Source of the DNA: an uncultured archaeon
GTDB lineage: Archaea > Aenigmatarchaeota > Aenigmatarchaeia > QMZP01
Reading direction: 5' to 3'
Assembly: GCA_964498245.1 (NCBI GenBank)
Contig: CAZCGK010000002.1
Span: forward strand, 6,133 to 70,132
DNA: 64,000 bases
A program made the position numbers and the translations under genes. The notes beneath the pieces were generated by a model, which was given only the letters and a program-made list of their open reading frames with translations, did not search any database and was not told where the DNA came from. This document shows positions 39,501-48,558 of the stretch, one piece after another; the first letter of the stretch is position 1; every line of letters begins with the position of its first letter.

Positions 39501-39920
39501 TCACCATGTTTTCTTCACACCAAGACTTTCAGATATTTTCTCTAAGGTTATATATTTACATTTTAATTTATTTTCAGCTTCTTCAATTTTTTTTGGTGTA
39601 CCAGAAAGACCTTCAGGAATAGAAACATATACCTTTAATCTTTTCAGAGCTTCTCTTCCCCTGGATTTCTTTGGAAGCATCCCCTTTACAACCCTTTTAA
39701 CTATATCATCAGGTCTTCTCGGATAAAAAGGTCCGTGATACGGATCACCTCTGCTTATCTTTTCACGGAACACCTGTATGTTGTAACCGGGGTTTCCTGA
39801 AACCACAGCCTTTTCAGCGTTTATAACAATTACCTTTTTACCCTTCAAAAGCTCTTTTGCTATTCTTGAGGCCATCCTTCCCAGCACATGATTCTCAGCA
39901 TCTATTATAAGCTCTTCCAT
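39501..39920 (-). CDS. rpl13: 50S ribosomal protein L13 (uL13)
   Basis: It has the IIDAENHVLGRMASRIAK N-terminus. Confidence 0.9.
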   Translation of the reverse strand: MEELIIDAENHVLGRMASRIAKELLKGKKVIVINAEKAVVSGNPGYNIQVFREKISRGDPYHGPFYPRRPDDIVKRVVKGMLPKKSRGREALKRLKVYVSIPEGLSGTPKKIEEAENKLKCKYITLEKISESLGVKKTW

Positions 39921-39925
39921 ACCTA

Positions 39926-40285
39926 TTACCCTATTATTCTTATTTTTTCTCTCCCCTTGTAATTCTCAACAAATTCCCAAATACTCATACATTTTCCACC
40001 AGCGTTTTTTATTTTTTCTCTTGCTGATTTTGAAAATTTATCCGCCACAATTGTTATGTTTTTTGTTATTTCTCCTCCGCCAAGGACCACTCCGGGAACA
40101 ATCACGATCTCATCCGGTTTTGCATACTTTTCAATACGATAAAGATTTACTTCATGTTGTTTTCTTCTAGGCCTGTTTAAAGCCCTTGCTACAGCTTTCC
40201 ATACAGGCATGTCTTCCTCTATTCCTTTTCTATACAGGTTCTTTATCAACTCTGCTTTTACAGGGTTTTTGCTTCTGATTTTCAT
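39926..40285 (-). CDS. rpl18e: 50S ribosomal protein L18e (eL18)
   Basis: It is a basic protein of about 119 aa with the PVWKAVA...RPRR signature, in the conserved L18e-L13-S9 order. Confidence 0.85.
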   Translation of the reverse strand: MKIRSKNPVKAELIKNLYRKGIEEDMPVWKAVARALNRPRRKQHEVNLYRIEKYAKPDEIVIVPGVVLGGGEITKNITIVADKFSKSAREKIKNAGGKCMSIWEFVENYKGREKIRIIG

Positions 40286-40341
40286 GGTTTCACTCTTTTG
40301 AATATTACATCTTTCTGATGATTAGAATATTTAAATATTAA

Positions 40342-40561
40342 TGCGGGGGGCCGGATTTTCGGATTCAAGCTTCTTTTCCAAAGAAGGCTTGTTTTCGAAC
40401 CGGCGAAGGCACTTCCCACTCTTCACACACTTCCATATTTTAGGAAGTGTTAGCTCCTGTGAAGAGTTCTAAGCCACAGGATTTCTCAATCATCATCCTC
40501 TATCAGCTCTCAAGCTTTTCATTCTTGAGTCCTGCCCCTTTAACCACTCGGGCACCCCCGC
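40342..40561 (-). tRNA. tRNA-Leu (anticodon CAA) with three insertions (37/38, variable arm, 59/60)
   Basis: Manual fold: acceptor GCGGGGG/CCCCCGC, 3-bp D stem, anticodon stem CAGGA/TCCTG with loop CTCAAG[intron]A, V-arm GGC...[insert]...GCC, T arm GCCGG-TTCGAA[intron]T-CCGGC, discriminator A. Confidence 0.55.
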
Positions 40562-40574
40562 ATCTAAAGGAAAA

Positions 40575-40720
40575 TGCGGAGGGGAGGATTCTCTTAAAGG
40601 GAGGACATTCTCCCTTAATTCGAACCCCCGAAGGCAATTCTCACCCTCCGTGAGACATCGAAAGGGTTCTAAGCCACAGGGTCCTAAGCCCTGCCCCTTT
40701 GACCGCTCGGGCACCTCCGC
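40575..40720 (-). tRNA. tRNA-Leu (anticodon TAG) with insertions in the variable arm and at 59/60
   Basis: Manual fold: acceptor GCGGAGG/CCTCCGC, anticodon arm CAGGG-CTTAGGA-CCCTG, V-arm TGGCTTAGAAC[insert]GCCTTC, T arm GGGGG-TTCGAA[intron]T-CCTCC, discriminator A. Confidence 0.55.
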
Positions 40721-40732
40721 ATTCCCAAGATA

Positions 40733-40920
40733 TGCTCCCGGCGGGAGTTTCATCCACTACAGGCAAAACCTGCTTGAATTTTGAACCCGCGTCACAGGCT
40801 TTCTTTGATCTTTCATAGACCTTACGGTCTCAACTCTTTCGAGTGATATCTCGAAAGGCCTGTATCCATAGTCACCACTCCTCACGCGGATGTGGTTTGA
40901 CCGGGCTAGACGACGGGAGC
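40733..40920 (-). tRNA. tRNA-Glu-like (anticodon TTC) gene with at least two to three insertions; D-arm not cleanly resolved
   Basis: Manual fold: acceptor GCTCCCG/CGGGAGC, anticodon stem CAGGC/GCCTG with loop CTTTCG[intron]A, T arm GCGGG-TTCAAA[intron]T-CCCGC, discriminator A. The D region has an extra insert. Confidence 0.4.
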
Positions 40921-40962
40921 ATATCCCAACATCCCAGAATATGTATGTACACATTCTGGGAG

Positions 40963-41035
40963 TGGGCCGGGCAGGATTCGAACCTGCGACCCCCGCCACG
41001 TCAAGGCGGTGTCATAACCACTAGACCACCGGCCC
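40963..41035 (-). tRNA. tRNA-Val (anticodon GAC)
   Basis: It folds as a canonical 73-nt cloverleaf with no intron and no encoded CCA. Confidence 0.85.
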
Positions 41036-41101
41036 ATTGGGAAGTTTTAGTTTTATCATATTTATAAATATAGTGATCTGCTCTTAAAGAAGTAAAATTC
41101 A

Positions 41102-41174
41102 TGGGTCGGCCCGGATTCGAACCGGGGATCTCCGCCGTGTGAAGGCGGCGTCCTAACCGCTAGACCACCAACCC
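41102..41174 (-). tRNA. tRNA-Val (anticodon CAC)
   Basis: It folds as a canonical 73-nt cloverleaf with no intron. Confidence 0.85.
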
Positions 41175-41239
41175 TCTCAAAATTGAATTTATAATCAGCA
41201 TTTATTAAGCTTTTGTGATATTTCCTGAGATATCAAAAG

Positions 41240-41407
41240 CGCCGGGGGCAGGATTTTCTATTCCTCGCAGAGACAGTGAGATGAACATAATGAATAGCTT
41301 ATTCTAATTCTCTGCGAAGATTCGAACCTGCACGGGGCAAAGCCCCACGTGGTTTCTTGCAGGAAATTAACTCGAGCCACGCGCGTTAGCCGTTCCGCCA
41401 CCCCGGC
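41240..41407 (-). tRNA. tRNA-Ser (anticodon CGA) with two introns (37/38 and 59/60)
   Basis: Manual fold: acceptor GCCGGGG/CCCCGGC, 3-bp D stem, anticodon stem CGTGG/CCACG with loop CTCGAG[intron], long V-arm GGGGCTTTGCCCC, T arm GCAGG-TTCGAA[about 65-nt intron]T-CCTGC, discriminator G. Confidence 0.6.
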
Positions 41408-41480
41408 AATTGTTACACTGCTTCTCTATATTCCATTGAAAAAGAAATATTTATAAAACAACCTCTGTTAATTTTTCACC

Positions 41481-41846
41481 ATGTTTGAGGAATATTGCAA
41501 TAAGTGCGGAGAGTGCTGCAAAAACCAGAAAGGAATTCTTGTAACCCCCGAAGATCTGGAATTATGGAAGGCGCTAGGCAGGAATGATATAATAGATGCT
41601 GTGGAGGAGATTGAAGAAGATTATTATACAGAAAGCGGAATACTTTTGTTCAGAAAGGGAGAGATGATTTTACCTACAGATAAGAACGAGAGATGTATAT
41701 TTTTAACAAAGGATAATAAATGCTCAATATACAATATCAGACCTAAATTATGCTGGATGTTTCCATACAGAGGAGACGGATTAATGATTTATCCTAAGTC
41801 CTGCAATGTTATAAAACATCTCTACTTTACAGAGGACGGATTATGA
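41481..41846 (+). CDS. YkgJ-family putative zinc/iron-sulfur cluster protein (CxxCxxCC)
   Basis: It has the N-terminal CNKCGECC motif and further conserved Cys residues. Confidence 0.55.
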   Translation: MFEEYCNKCGECCKNQKGILVTPEDLELWKALGRNDIIDAVEEIEEDYYTESGILLFRKGEMILPTDKNERCIFLTKDNKCSIYNIRPKLCWMFPYRGDGLMIYPKSCNVIKHLYFTEDGL

Positions 41847-42046
41847 TAGCGATCGAGGTATCGTATCGGGGAAAAAAGAAAAATCTCAAGATAAAAAACA
41901 CCTCTACTATAGAAGAGGTCCTCGAAAACTTGGGAATAAATCGAGAGGCGGTGATAGTAAGCAAAAACGGAGAGATCGTCCCCGAAGATGAAAGAATAAA
42001 AAATGGAGATAAATTAAAAATCATGGATGTGGTTTCAGGAGGATAA
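41843..42046 (+). CDS. ThiS/MoaD-like ubiquitin-fold sulfur carrier (SAMP-like) ending in Gly-Gly
   Basis: It is a 67-aa beta-grasp-sized protein with C-terminus VVSGG. It sits directly upstream of a PP-loop thiolase and overlaps the stop of the preceding gene. Confidence 0.7.
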   Translation: MIAIEVSYRGKKKNLKIKNTSTIEEVLENLGINREAVIVSKNGEIVPEDERIKNGDKLKIMDVVSGG

Positions 42047-42075
42047 TTTAAATTCTTTCCTCTATAAAAAAGACC

Positions 42076-43005
42076 ATGAAATGCAGATGCGGAAGAAGAG
42101 CTGTCTATTACAGAAGATTTGAGGGAAGCGCTCTTTGCAAAAAATGTTTTCTGAAATCGATAGAGAAAAAAGTAAAAAGAACCGTTAGAAATAACAAGCT
42201 CATAAGACCTGGAGATAGAATAGCTTTTGCACTTTCCGGTGGCAAGGATTCTTCTGCTGTTCTGTATTTGATGCATGAGATTATTTCTCCCAGAAGGGAT
42301 ATGGAAATGTTCGCAATAACGATAGATGAAGGCATATCCTCTTACAGACCCAAAACGATAAAAGCTGCAAAGAAACTCTGCAAAGAACTCGGAATCGAAC
42401 ATTATGTTTTTTCTTTTAAAGATTTTTTTGGTAAAACTCTTGATCAGAAGGTAAAGGAAATAAAGAATTGTGAAATAAAGGAACCGTGCACCTATTGCGG
42501 TGTGGGAAGAAGATATGTGTTGAATCTGAAAGCAAGGGAGTTGGGAGCAACAAAGATATGCACAGGACACAATCTCGATGATGAGGTCCAGAGTATAATC
42601 ATGAATTACATTCGTGGAGATATTCTCAGAGCAGGCAGACTCGGTCCTGTAACAGATTTTTCAATAAGAAAAAAGCATGGCAAGATGTTCATTCCCAGAA
42701 TAAAACCCTTAAGAGAGATACCGGAAAAGGAGATAGCGCTTTATATAATGCTGAAAAACATGGATATATCCTGGGATGAATGTCCCTATGCCTCAGGTAT
42801 AAGATTTGATGTCAGAGATTTTATAAACAATCTTGAGAAAAAATATCCAGGAACAAAATATACAATACTTTACGCGTTTGATAAAATCGTACCATACATA
42901 AGAAAAGCCTCCGTGTTCAAAGAAGGAGAGATATTGAAATGCAAAAAGTGTGGAGAACCCGCGTCAGGAGAGGTATGCAAAGCATGCGAACTATGGAAAG
43001 CATGA
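42076..43005 (+). CDS. ncsA: tRNA 2-thiolation PP-loop ATPase (NcsA/Ncs6/TtuA family)
   Basis: It has the SGGKDS PP-loop motif and CxxC pairs at both the N-terminus (CRCG...CKKC) and C-terminus (CKKCGEP...CKAC). Confidence 0.8.
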   Translation: MKCRCGRRAVYYRRFEGSALCKKCFLKSIEKKVKRTVRNNKLIRPGDRIAFALSGGKDSSAVLYLMHEIISPRRDMEMFAITIDEGISSYRPKTIKAAKKLCKELGIEHYVFSFKDFFGKTLDQKVKEIKNCEIKEPCTYCGVGRRYVLNLKARELGATKICTGHNLDDEVQSIIMNYIRGDILRAGRLGPVTDFSIRKKHGKMFIPRIKPLREIPEKEIALYIMLKNMDISWDECPYASGIRFDVRDFINNLEKKYPGTKYTILYAFDKIVPYIRKASVFKEGEILKCKKCGEPASGEVCKACELWKA

Positions 43006-43391
43006 AAAACAAATCCCAAGCTTCTGTCGAGTATGTGATACTTCTTCTGCTGTTCATGACAGCTTTTTCAATAGCGGTTTTTTTCAGCGTGAATCAAATA
43101 CAATTTGATAACATGCTGAGAATGGATATGGAAGCAGGCAAGGTTGTCAATGAGATTTCCAGAAAAATAAATCTGGTTGTTGTTGAAGGAAACGGTTTTC
43201 AAGCAAATCTGACACTTCCTGAAAAAATTTTGGGAAACAACTATAGTGTTTTCATTCAATCAAATTTTGTTGTTCTTACTGTGCAAAACAAAACCTATTT
43301 TAAACCGCTTCTCACATCGAATATTACGGGAACTATAAAAAAAGGCATGAACACTCTTTACAACAGCAATGGCATGATAATAATTCTGTAG
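43002..43391 (+). CDS. pilin-like protein with class III signal peptide
   Basis: Its N-terminal sequence MKNKSQASVEYVILLLLFM resembles the QxSxEY archaeal prepilin motif. The start is chosen at the internal Met overlapping the ncsA stop. Confidence 0.45.
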   Translation: MKNKSQASVEYVILLLLFMTAFSIAVFFSVNQIQFDNMLRMDMEAGKVVNEISRKINLVVVEGNGFQANLTLPEKILGNNYSVFIQSNFVVLTVQNKTYFKPLLTSNITGTIKKGMNTLYNSNGMIIIL

Positions 43392-43892
43392 GTGAAGGGA
43401 AACATGAAAGCACAGATATGGTCCACTGATTTCATAGCTTCTGTCATAGTATTCTTTCTTATTTTTACCACACTTATGATATCTTGGAACTATTTGAATC
43501 AGAAGAATGCAGAAAGAATGACAATGGAAGAAATGGAAACTGCTGCACTTCTTGTGTCCGATACACTTCTCAGAATCCCCGGATTTCCGGAAAACTGGAA
43601 CGAAAGCACAGTTCAGTCTCTCGGACTCGCAATGAAAGAAAATGTGCTCAATGAAAGTAAAGTAAAAATGTTTTTTTCTTTAGATTATGAAAAAATAAAA
43701 GAACTTCTTGGTCTAAAAGAAAGCGAATTTTATCTGAAAATAACGGAACTCAATGGATCAATCATTATGCTGAACGGAACATATCTTGAAAAAGGTGTGT
43801 ATCCAGAGAATAAAAGTATAATAGTACCCGTAGAGAGATATGTACTGCTGAACAGCACCATAGCAAAATTTTCCCTCGTTCTTTACAGGTGA
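43392..43892 (+). CDS. pilin-like protein with class III signal peptide
   Basis: Its N-terminal sequence is MKGNMKAQIWSTDFIASVIVFFLIF. Confidence 0.45.
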   Translation: MKGNMKAQIWSTDFIASVIVFFLIFTTLMISWNYLNQKNAERMTMEEMETAALLVSDTLLRIPGFPENWNESTVQSLGLAMKENVLNESKVKMFFSLDYEKIKELLGLKESEFYLKITELNGSIIMLNGTYLEKGVYPENKSIIVPVERYVLLNSTIAKFSLVLYR

Positions 43893-44905
43893 GTTTCATG
43901 TTGTGTTTGGGTATAGAGAGCACCGCACACACATTCGGAGCAGGTGTGGTTTCCGAAAAAGGCAAAATTCTCTCGAATGTTCTTGACACTTATAGACCAC
44001 CACAGGGGTGGGGAATAAAACCAATCGATGCAGCAGAGCATCATAAAAAAGTTTTTCGGAATGTAATTGAAACCTCATTGAAGAAGGCAGATGTGAATAT
44101 GAAAGATATAGATGTTATTTCTGTTTCACACGGTCCTGGACTTCCACCCTGTCTTCATGTTGGCGTGAACATTGCCAAAAAACTTTCACAGGAGAATGCT
44201 TTGCCCCTTATTGGGGTCAACCATTGTATTGCCCACATAGAGATATCACGCCTTGCCACAGAGGCGAGGGATCCTGTCGTACTTTATGTTTCCGGAGGCA
44301 ATACCCAGATTATTTCTTTTGTTGAAGGAAGATATAGGTGCTTCGGAGAATCCATGGATATCGGTGTTGGTAACGCCCTGGATAAATTCGGAAGAGCAGC
44401 CGGTCTTGAATTTCCAGCAGGTCCCAAGATAGAAGACTTGGCAAGAAGGGTTGAGAAAAAAAGAAAATTCCAAGGCTATCATGGATATATTGAACTTCCT
44501 TATACCGTAAAAGGCATGGATCTTTCCTTTTCAGGTATCGTTACAGATGCGATAAGAAAACTGGAGAGGGGCGAAAAGCTGGAAGATTTATGCTTTTCAT
44601 TCCAAGAAACCCTATTTTCCATGCTTACCGAGGTTACCGAACGTGCTCTGGCACATACCAGAAAAGAAGAGGTTATCCTGACGGGTGGTGTTGCAGCAAA
44701 TTCACGTCTGAGAGAAATGCTATCGATAATGTGTAAAGAAAGGGGAGCAAAATTTTATACGGTTCCTAAAGAACTCGCTGGTGATAACGGTGCGATGATA
44801 GCATGGACGGGAATCTTGATATATAAATCTTCTGGCTGCAAAGAGCCTGTAGATATAAAACCAAGAGAAAGAACAGATGAAGTAGATGTAACATGGATAA
44901 AATAG
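43889..44905 (+). CDS. kae1: tRNA N6-adenosine threonylcarbamoyltransferase Kae1
   Basis: It has the N-terminal LGIESTAHTFGAGVV ASKHA signature and a length of about 338 aa. Confidence 0.9.
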   Translation: MSFMLCLGIESTAHTFGAGVVSEKGKILSNVLDTYRPPQGWGIKPIDAAEHHKKVFRNVIETSLKKADVNMKDIDVISVSHGPGLPPCLHVGVNIAKKLSQENALPLIGVNHCIAHIEISRLATEARDPVVLYVSGGNTQIISFVEGRYRCFGESMDIGVGNALDKFGRAAGLEFPAGPKIEDLARRVEKKRKFQGYHGYIELPYTVKGMDLSFSGIVTDAIRKLERGEKLEDLCFSFQETLFSMLTEVTERALAHTRKEEVILTGGVAANSRLREMLSIMCKERGAKFYTVPKELAGDNGAMIAWTGILIYKSSGCKEPVDIKPRERTDEVDVTWIK

Positions 44906-45000
44906 CCTGCCAGACCATGTTTCTGACTCAACTGACCCAATAATTTAAATATATATATGTAGAATATACATTGCATACAAAAATCAAACAGGCGATAAAC

Positions 45001-45798
45001 ATGAAAATACCTGTGTACAGCCTTAAAGGAGAGGTAAAGAAAAATGTAGACATTGCCAGAGTTTTCTCTGAAACCGTAAGGGAAGACCTGATAAGAAGGG
45101 CTGTGAGTGCGGAGCAAGCAGCCAAGAGACAACCCTATGGTGTTGATCCACTTGCAGGTAAAAGAACCTCTGCTCACTACCATGGAAGAAGGGGAATAAG
45201 GCACAGTATGATGAACAGAGAGATGGCAAGAATGAAAAGGATTCACCATCCAGGATTTCTTTACATGACCGCAAGATTTGTCCCCCAGGCTGTAAAGGGA
45301 AGAAAGGCTCATCCTCCAAAGGCAGAAAAGATATGGAAAAAGAAAATAAACAAAAAGGAAAGGCTTAAAGCCTTATTTTCAGCTCTTTCAGCCACAATAA
45401 AAAAGGATCTCGTGCTCTCTCGAGGCCATAAAATAAAATCGATAAAACACTTACCCCTCGTGCTTGAAGATAAATTTCAGGAAATAAAAAGAGTAAAGAA
45501 GGTTCGTGAAGTACTCGAAAAATTCGGTTTTTCCGAAGAACTGGAAAGAATCAAAGAAAAAAAGGTAAGAGCGGGAAAAGGAAAGAACAGAGGCAGAAAA
45601 CACAAAAAGAAAAGAGGACCTCTCATTATTATTAGTGAGGATAAAGGCATATTCAGAGCAGCGAGAAACATTCCGGGTATCGAAGTTACTGAGGTAGAGA
45701 ATTTAACGGTGGAAAAACTTGCACCTGGAAGCAAGCCCGGAAGGCTGTGTATATGGACAGAATCTGCATTAACAAAACTTGAGAATATAGGTGAATGA
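45001..45798 (+). CDS. rpl4: 50S ribosomal protein L4 (uL4)
   Basis: It has the MKIPVYSLKGE N-terminus, a basic extended loop, and sits upstream of L23. Confidence 0.85.
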   Translation: MKIPVYSLKGEVKKNVDIARVFSETVREDLIRRAVSAEQAAKRQPYGVDPLAGKRTSAHYHGRRGIRHSMMNREMARMKRIHHPGFLYMTARFVPQAVKGRKAHPPKAEKIWKKKINKKERLKALFSALSATIKKDLVLSRGHKIKSIKHLPLVLEDKFQEIKRVKKVREVLEKFGFSEELERIKEKKVRAGKGKNRGRKHKKKRGPLIIISEDKGIFRAARNIPGIEVTEVENLTVEKLAPGSKPGRLCIWTESALTKLENIGE

Positions 45799-46081
45799 TA
45801 TGAATAAAAAGATTCTGAAACAGAAAGGATGGAACGTGCTCATGTATCCGCATCTTGCAGAGAAATCGATGAACACAATAGAGACTGAAAATAAACTGGT
45901 GTTTATAGTAAAGAGAAATGCCCGCAAAAAGGATATAAAGGAAGAAGTGGAAAAGTTGTTCGATGTAAGGGTTAAAAAGGTGAATGTGGAGATAACACGG
46001 GAGGGTCAGAAGAAAGCATATATTAAGCTCCATCCCGATCACTCCGCAGCTGAGATAGCATCCAGATTAGGAATAATATGA
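45791..46081 (+). CDS. rpl23: 50S ribosomal protein L23 (uL23)
   Basis: It has the expected size and the conserved L4-L23-L2 order. Confidence 0.85.
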   Translation: MNDMNKKILKQKGWNVLMYPHLAEKSMNTIETENKLVFIVKRNARKKDIKEEVEKLFDVRVKKVNVEITREGQKKAYIKLHPDHSAAEIASRLGII

Positions 46082-46082
46082 G

Positions 46083-46763
46083 GTGTTTGATATGGGAAAG
46101 CGTATAATTCAGCAGAGAAGAGGAAGAGGGTCACCGACATACAGGATTCCAAACTACAAATTCAAACCCGTTCTTAGCTATAAGAACATGAAAGGCAAGG
46201 TTGTGGATATAGTTAATAATCCTATAAGCACCGCACCAATTGCTGAAGTAGTCTATGAAGACAACAGCACAGGTTATGTAATTGCTCCAGAAGGTCTGAA
46301 AGTTGGGGAAAATGTAGAAAAATATATCATGCCTCTTTCTCAGGTGCCTGAAGGAACAACGGTTTTCGCAATAGAAACGTATCCAAGCTCAGGACCTAAA
46401 CTTTGCAGAGCCGCAGGTTCAGCGGCTATTGTGGTTTCAAAAACCGAAAAAGAATGTATAGTACAACTGCCCTCAAAGAAAATCAAGAAGTTGCACCCGG
46501 ACTGCATGGTAACTGTAGGCATACCAGCGGGTGAGGGAAGAAAGGAAAAACCAATATTGAAGGCTGGTAAGAAATGGATAATGATGCACAGAAGAGGAAA
46601 ACTGTACCCAAGAACATCCGGAGTTGCAATGAACGCTGTTGATCACCCATTTGGTGGTGGATACACGGGATTAGGAAAACACAAAACAGTTTCGAGAAAT
46701 GCTCCTCCAGGAAGAAAGGTGGGTTCACTTGCCGCGAGAAGAACCGGAAGGAAGAAGAGGTAA
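46083..46763 (+). CDS. rpl2: 50S ribosomal protein L2 (uL2)
   Basis: It has the GKRIIQQRRGRGSPTYR N-terminus and the AMNAVDHPFGGG motif. Confidence 0.9.
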   Translation: MFDMGKRIIQQRRGRGSPTYRIPNYKFKPVLSYKNMKGKVVDIVNNPISTAPIAEVVYEDNSTGYVIAPEGLKVGENVEKYIMPLSQVPEGTTVFAIETYPSSGPKLCRAAGSAAIVVSKTEKECIVQLPSKKIKKLHPDCMVTVGIPAGEGRKEKPILKAGKKWIMMHRRGKLYPRTSGVAMNAVDHPFGGGYTGLGKHKTVSRNAPPGRKVGSLAARRTGRKKR

Positions 46764-46808
46764 AAGTTTTTATAATACTTATATAAGGTTTGATAAGGGG
46801 GTTTAAAA

Positions 46809-47189
46809 ATGGCAAGATTCGTGTATAAGGGAAAAACACTGGAAGAACTCAAGCAGATGTCCTTAGAGGAATTTGCCGAGTTGATACCCGCAAGAAGTAG
46901 AAGAGCGCTTAAGAGAGGGCTCACAGAAATCCAGAAAAAACTCCTCCTCAAAATAAGAAAAAACCCCCAAAAGTTCCATCGAACACATTGCAGAGACATG
47001 GTTATAATACCAGAAATGGTAGGAGTAAAAATCGGTGTTTATAACGGAAAGGAATTTGTACCCGTGGAGATAAAACCTGAAATGCTCGGCCACCGCCTTG
47101 GAGAGTTTGCTCTTACAAGAAAGCGTGTGAAGCACTCAGCTCCAGGATTCGGTGCAACAAGGTCATCCAAATATGTTCCACTTAAGTAA
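46809..47189 (+). CDS. rps19: 30S ribosomal protein S19 (uS19)
   Basis: It has the [11 protein letters not shown] and IPEMVG signatures. Confidence 0.9.
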   Translation: MARFVYKGKTLEELKQMSLEEFAELIPARSRRALKRGLTEIQKKLLLKIRKNPQKFHRTHCRDMVIIPEMVGVKIGVYNGKEFVPVEIKPEMLGHRLGEFALTRKRVKHSAPGFGATRSSKYVPLK

Positions 47190-47202
47190 TTAAAGTGATA
47201 TT

Positions 47203-47586
47203 ATGGCAAAGTACACATTCAATCCCAATCCTGCAAAGTGTGTAAAGGCGTACGGAAGGGCATTGAAGATATCCACTAAATATTCCAAAATCGTATGCAG
47301 AAAAATCACAGGCATGACTCTGGAAAAGGGTAAAAAACTCCTGGAAGACCTGATAAATCAAAAGAGGAGTCTTGATGGAAAATACTATACAAAAATTTCA
47401 AAGGAACTTCTTTCCCTTTTGAAACACGCTGAAAACAATGCGGAATATAAGGGTATGGATGTATCCAGAATGATCATTCACGCATCCGCGCACAAGGGAT
47501 TTACATTTAGAAGACCGAGAAACCTTAAAAGAAGGGGAGAAAAAATGAAAATGACAAATATACAGATAGTTTTGATGAAAAAATGA
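47203..47586 (+). CDS. rpl22: 50S ribosomal protein L22 (uL22)
   Basis: It occupies the L22 position between S19 and S3 and is a basic protein of about 127 aa. Confidence 0.85.
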   Translation: MAKYTFNPNPAKCVKAYGRALKISTKYSKIVCRKITGMTLEKGKKLLEDLINQKRSLDGKYYTKISKELLSLLKHAENNAEYKGMDVSRMIIHASAHKGFTFRRPRNLKRRGEKMKMTNIQIVLMKK

Positions 47587-48308
47587 GGCTGATGAGTATG
47601 TTGCTGAAAAGATATTTCATCCAGCAGGTAATCAAAGAAGTAGAAATAGAGGATTTTATAAGAAAGCAGTTTCCGCAGGGTGATTATTCGAGAACAGAAC
47701 TGCAAAGAACACCCTTGGGCATAAAAGTGATAATTTACACACATAAACCCGGAAGGATTATAGGAAGAGGTGGAAAAAACATAGCGGAAATGACAGAGGC
47801 GATAAAAAGAAAATTCGGTTTGGAGAATCCGCAGATTGATGTGAAAGTGGTGGCAAATCCCAACCTGGATGCGAAAATCGTTGCAAAACAGATAGCTTCT
47901 GCAATAGAGAAAGGTTATAATTACAAGAAAATAGGCAATATTATGCTTAAGAGGATAATGGATGCGGGTGCTGTGGGAGCAGAAATTATAATATCAGGAA
48001 AACTTACCGGAGGAAAAGCAATGACAGCAAAGTTCACAGATGGATACATAAAGCACTGCGGTCAACCTGCAAAGGAACTTGTGGATTACGGTTTTGAAGA
48101 AGCGGACACCAAACCAGGAAAAATAGGAGTAAAGGTAAGGATAATGAAGAAGTTCCAGGAAATCACAGGAGAGGTCGTTGAGAAAAGAGAAGAAGAAAAG
48201 AAAACAGAGGAGGATATAGAAAAAGAACTGGAGAAAGAACTTGAAACAGCATCCGAAGAAGAGAAAACAGAAGAGTTTGAGGAAAGAGATAAAGAAAAAA
48301 GGAAATAA
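47583..48308 (+). CDS. rps3: 30S ribosomal protein S3 (uS3) with an acidic C-terminal extension
   Basis: It has a KH-domain GRIIGRGGKNI motif. Confidence 0.9.
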   Translation: MRLMSMLLKRYFIQQVIKEVEIEDFIRKQFPQGDYSRTELQRTPLGIKVIIYTHKPGRIIGRGGKNIAEMTEAIKRKFGLENPQIDVKVVANPNLDAKIVAKQIASAIEKGYNYKKIGNIMLKRIMDAGAVGAEIIISGKLTGGKAMTAKFTDGYIKHCGQPAKELVDYGFEEADTKPGKIGVKVRIMKKFQEITGEVVEKREEEKKTEEDIEKELEKELETASEEEKTEEFEERDKEKRK

Positions 48309-48345
48309 TTTTTTAAATACTTCAATTCAATATTAAGGTGAGCAG

Positions 48346-48558
48346 ATGACTGTGATGAAAGTCAGGGATATAAGAAAGCTTGATATGAAAACACTACAGG
48401 CAAAACTTAATGAGATTGAATTAGAGCTGGCAAAGGAAAAGGCAAACATATATATAGGTGCAAATGCCACTTCTCCAGGAAAAATCCGAGAAATGAAAAA
48501 AACAATAGCCCGTATTCTTACGGTTATTCGTGAAAAACAAAGGGGGGAAAATAACTAA
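48346..48558 (+). CDS. rpl29: 50S ribosomal protein L29 (uL29)
   Basis: It is a 70-aa coiled-coil protein with the LQAKLNEIELELAKEK signature. Confidence 0.85.
   Translation: MTVMKVRDIRKLDMKTLQAKLNEIELELAKEKANIYIGANATSPGKIREMKKTIARILTVIREKQRGENN

Noticed and set aside
40466-40724. Two near-identical roughly 60-bp segments that could be mistaken for CRISPR-like or other direct repeats
   Set aside because: They correspond to the homologous 5' halves of two paralogous tRNA-Leu genes (CAA and TAG). No regular repeat-spacer periodicity is present.
40447-41067. Six-frame ORFs (40447-40653, 40493-40753, 40757-40999, 40843-41067) with Pro/Gly/Arg-rich translations
   Set aside because: They lie entirely over the GC-rich tRNA cluster on either strand. 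They are artefacts of tRNA sequence composition, not protein-coding.
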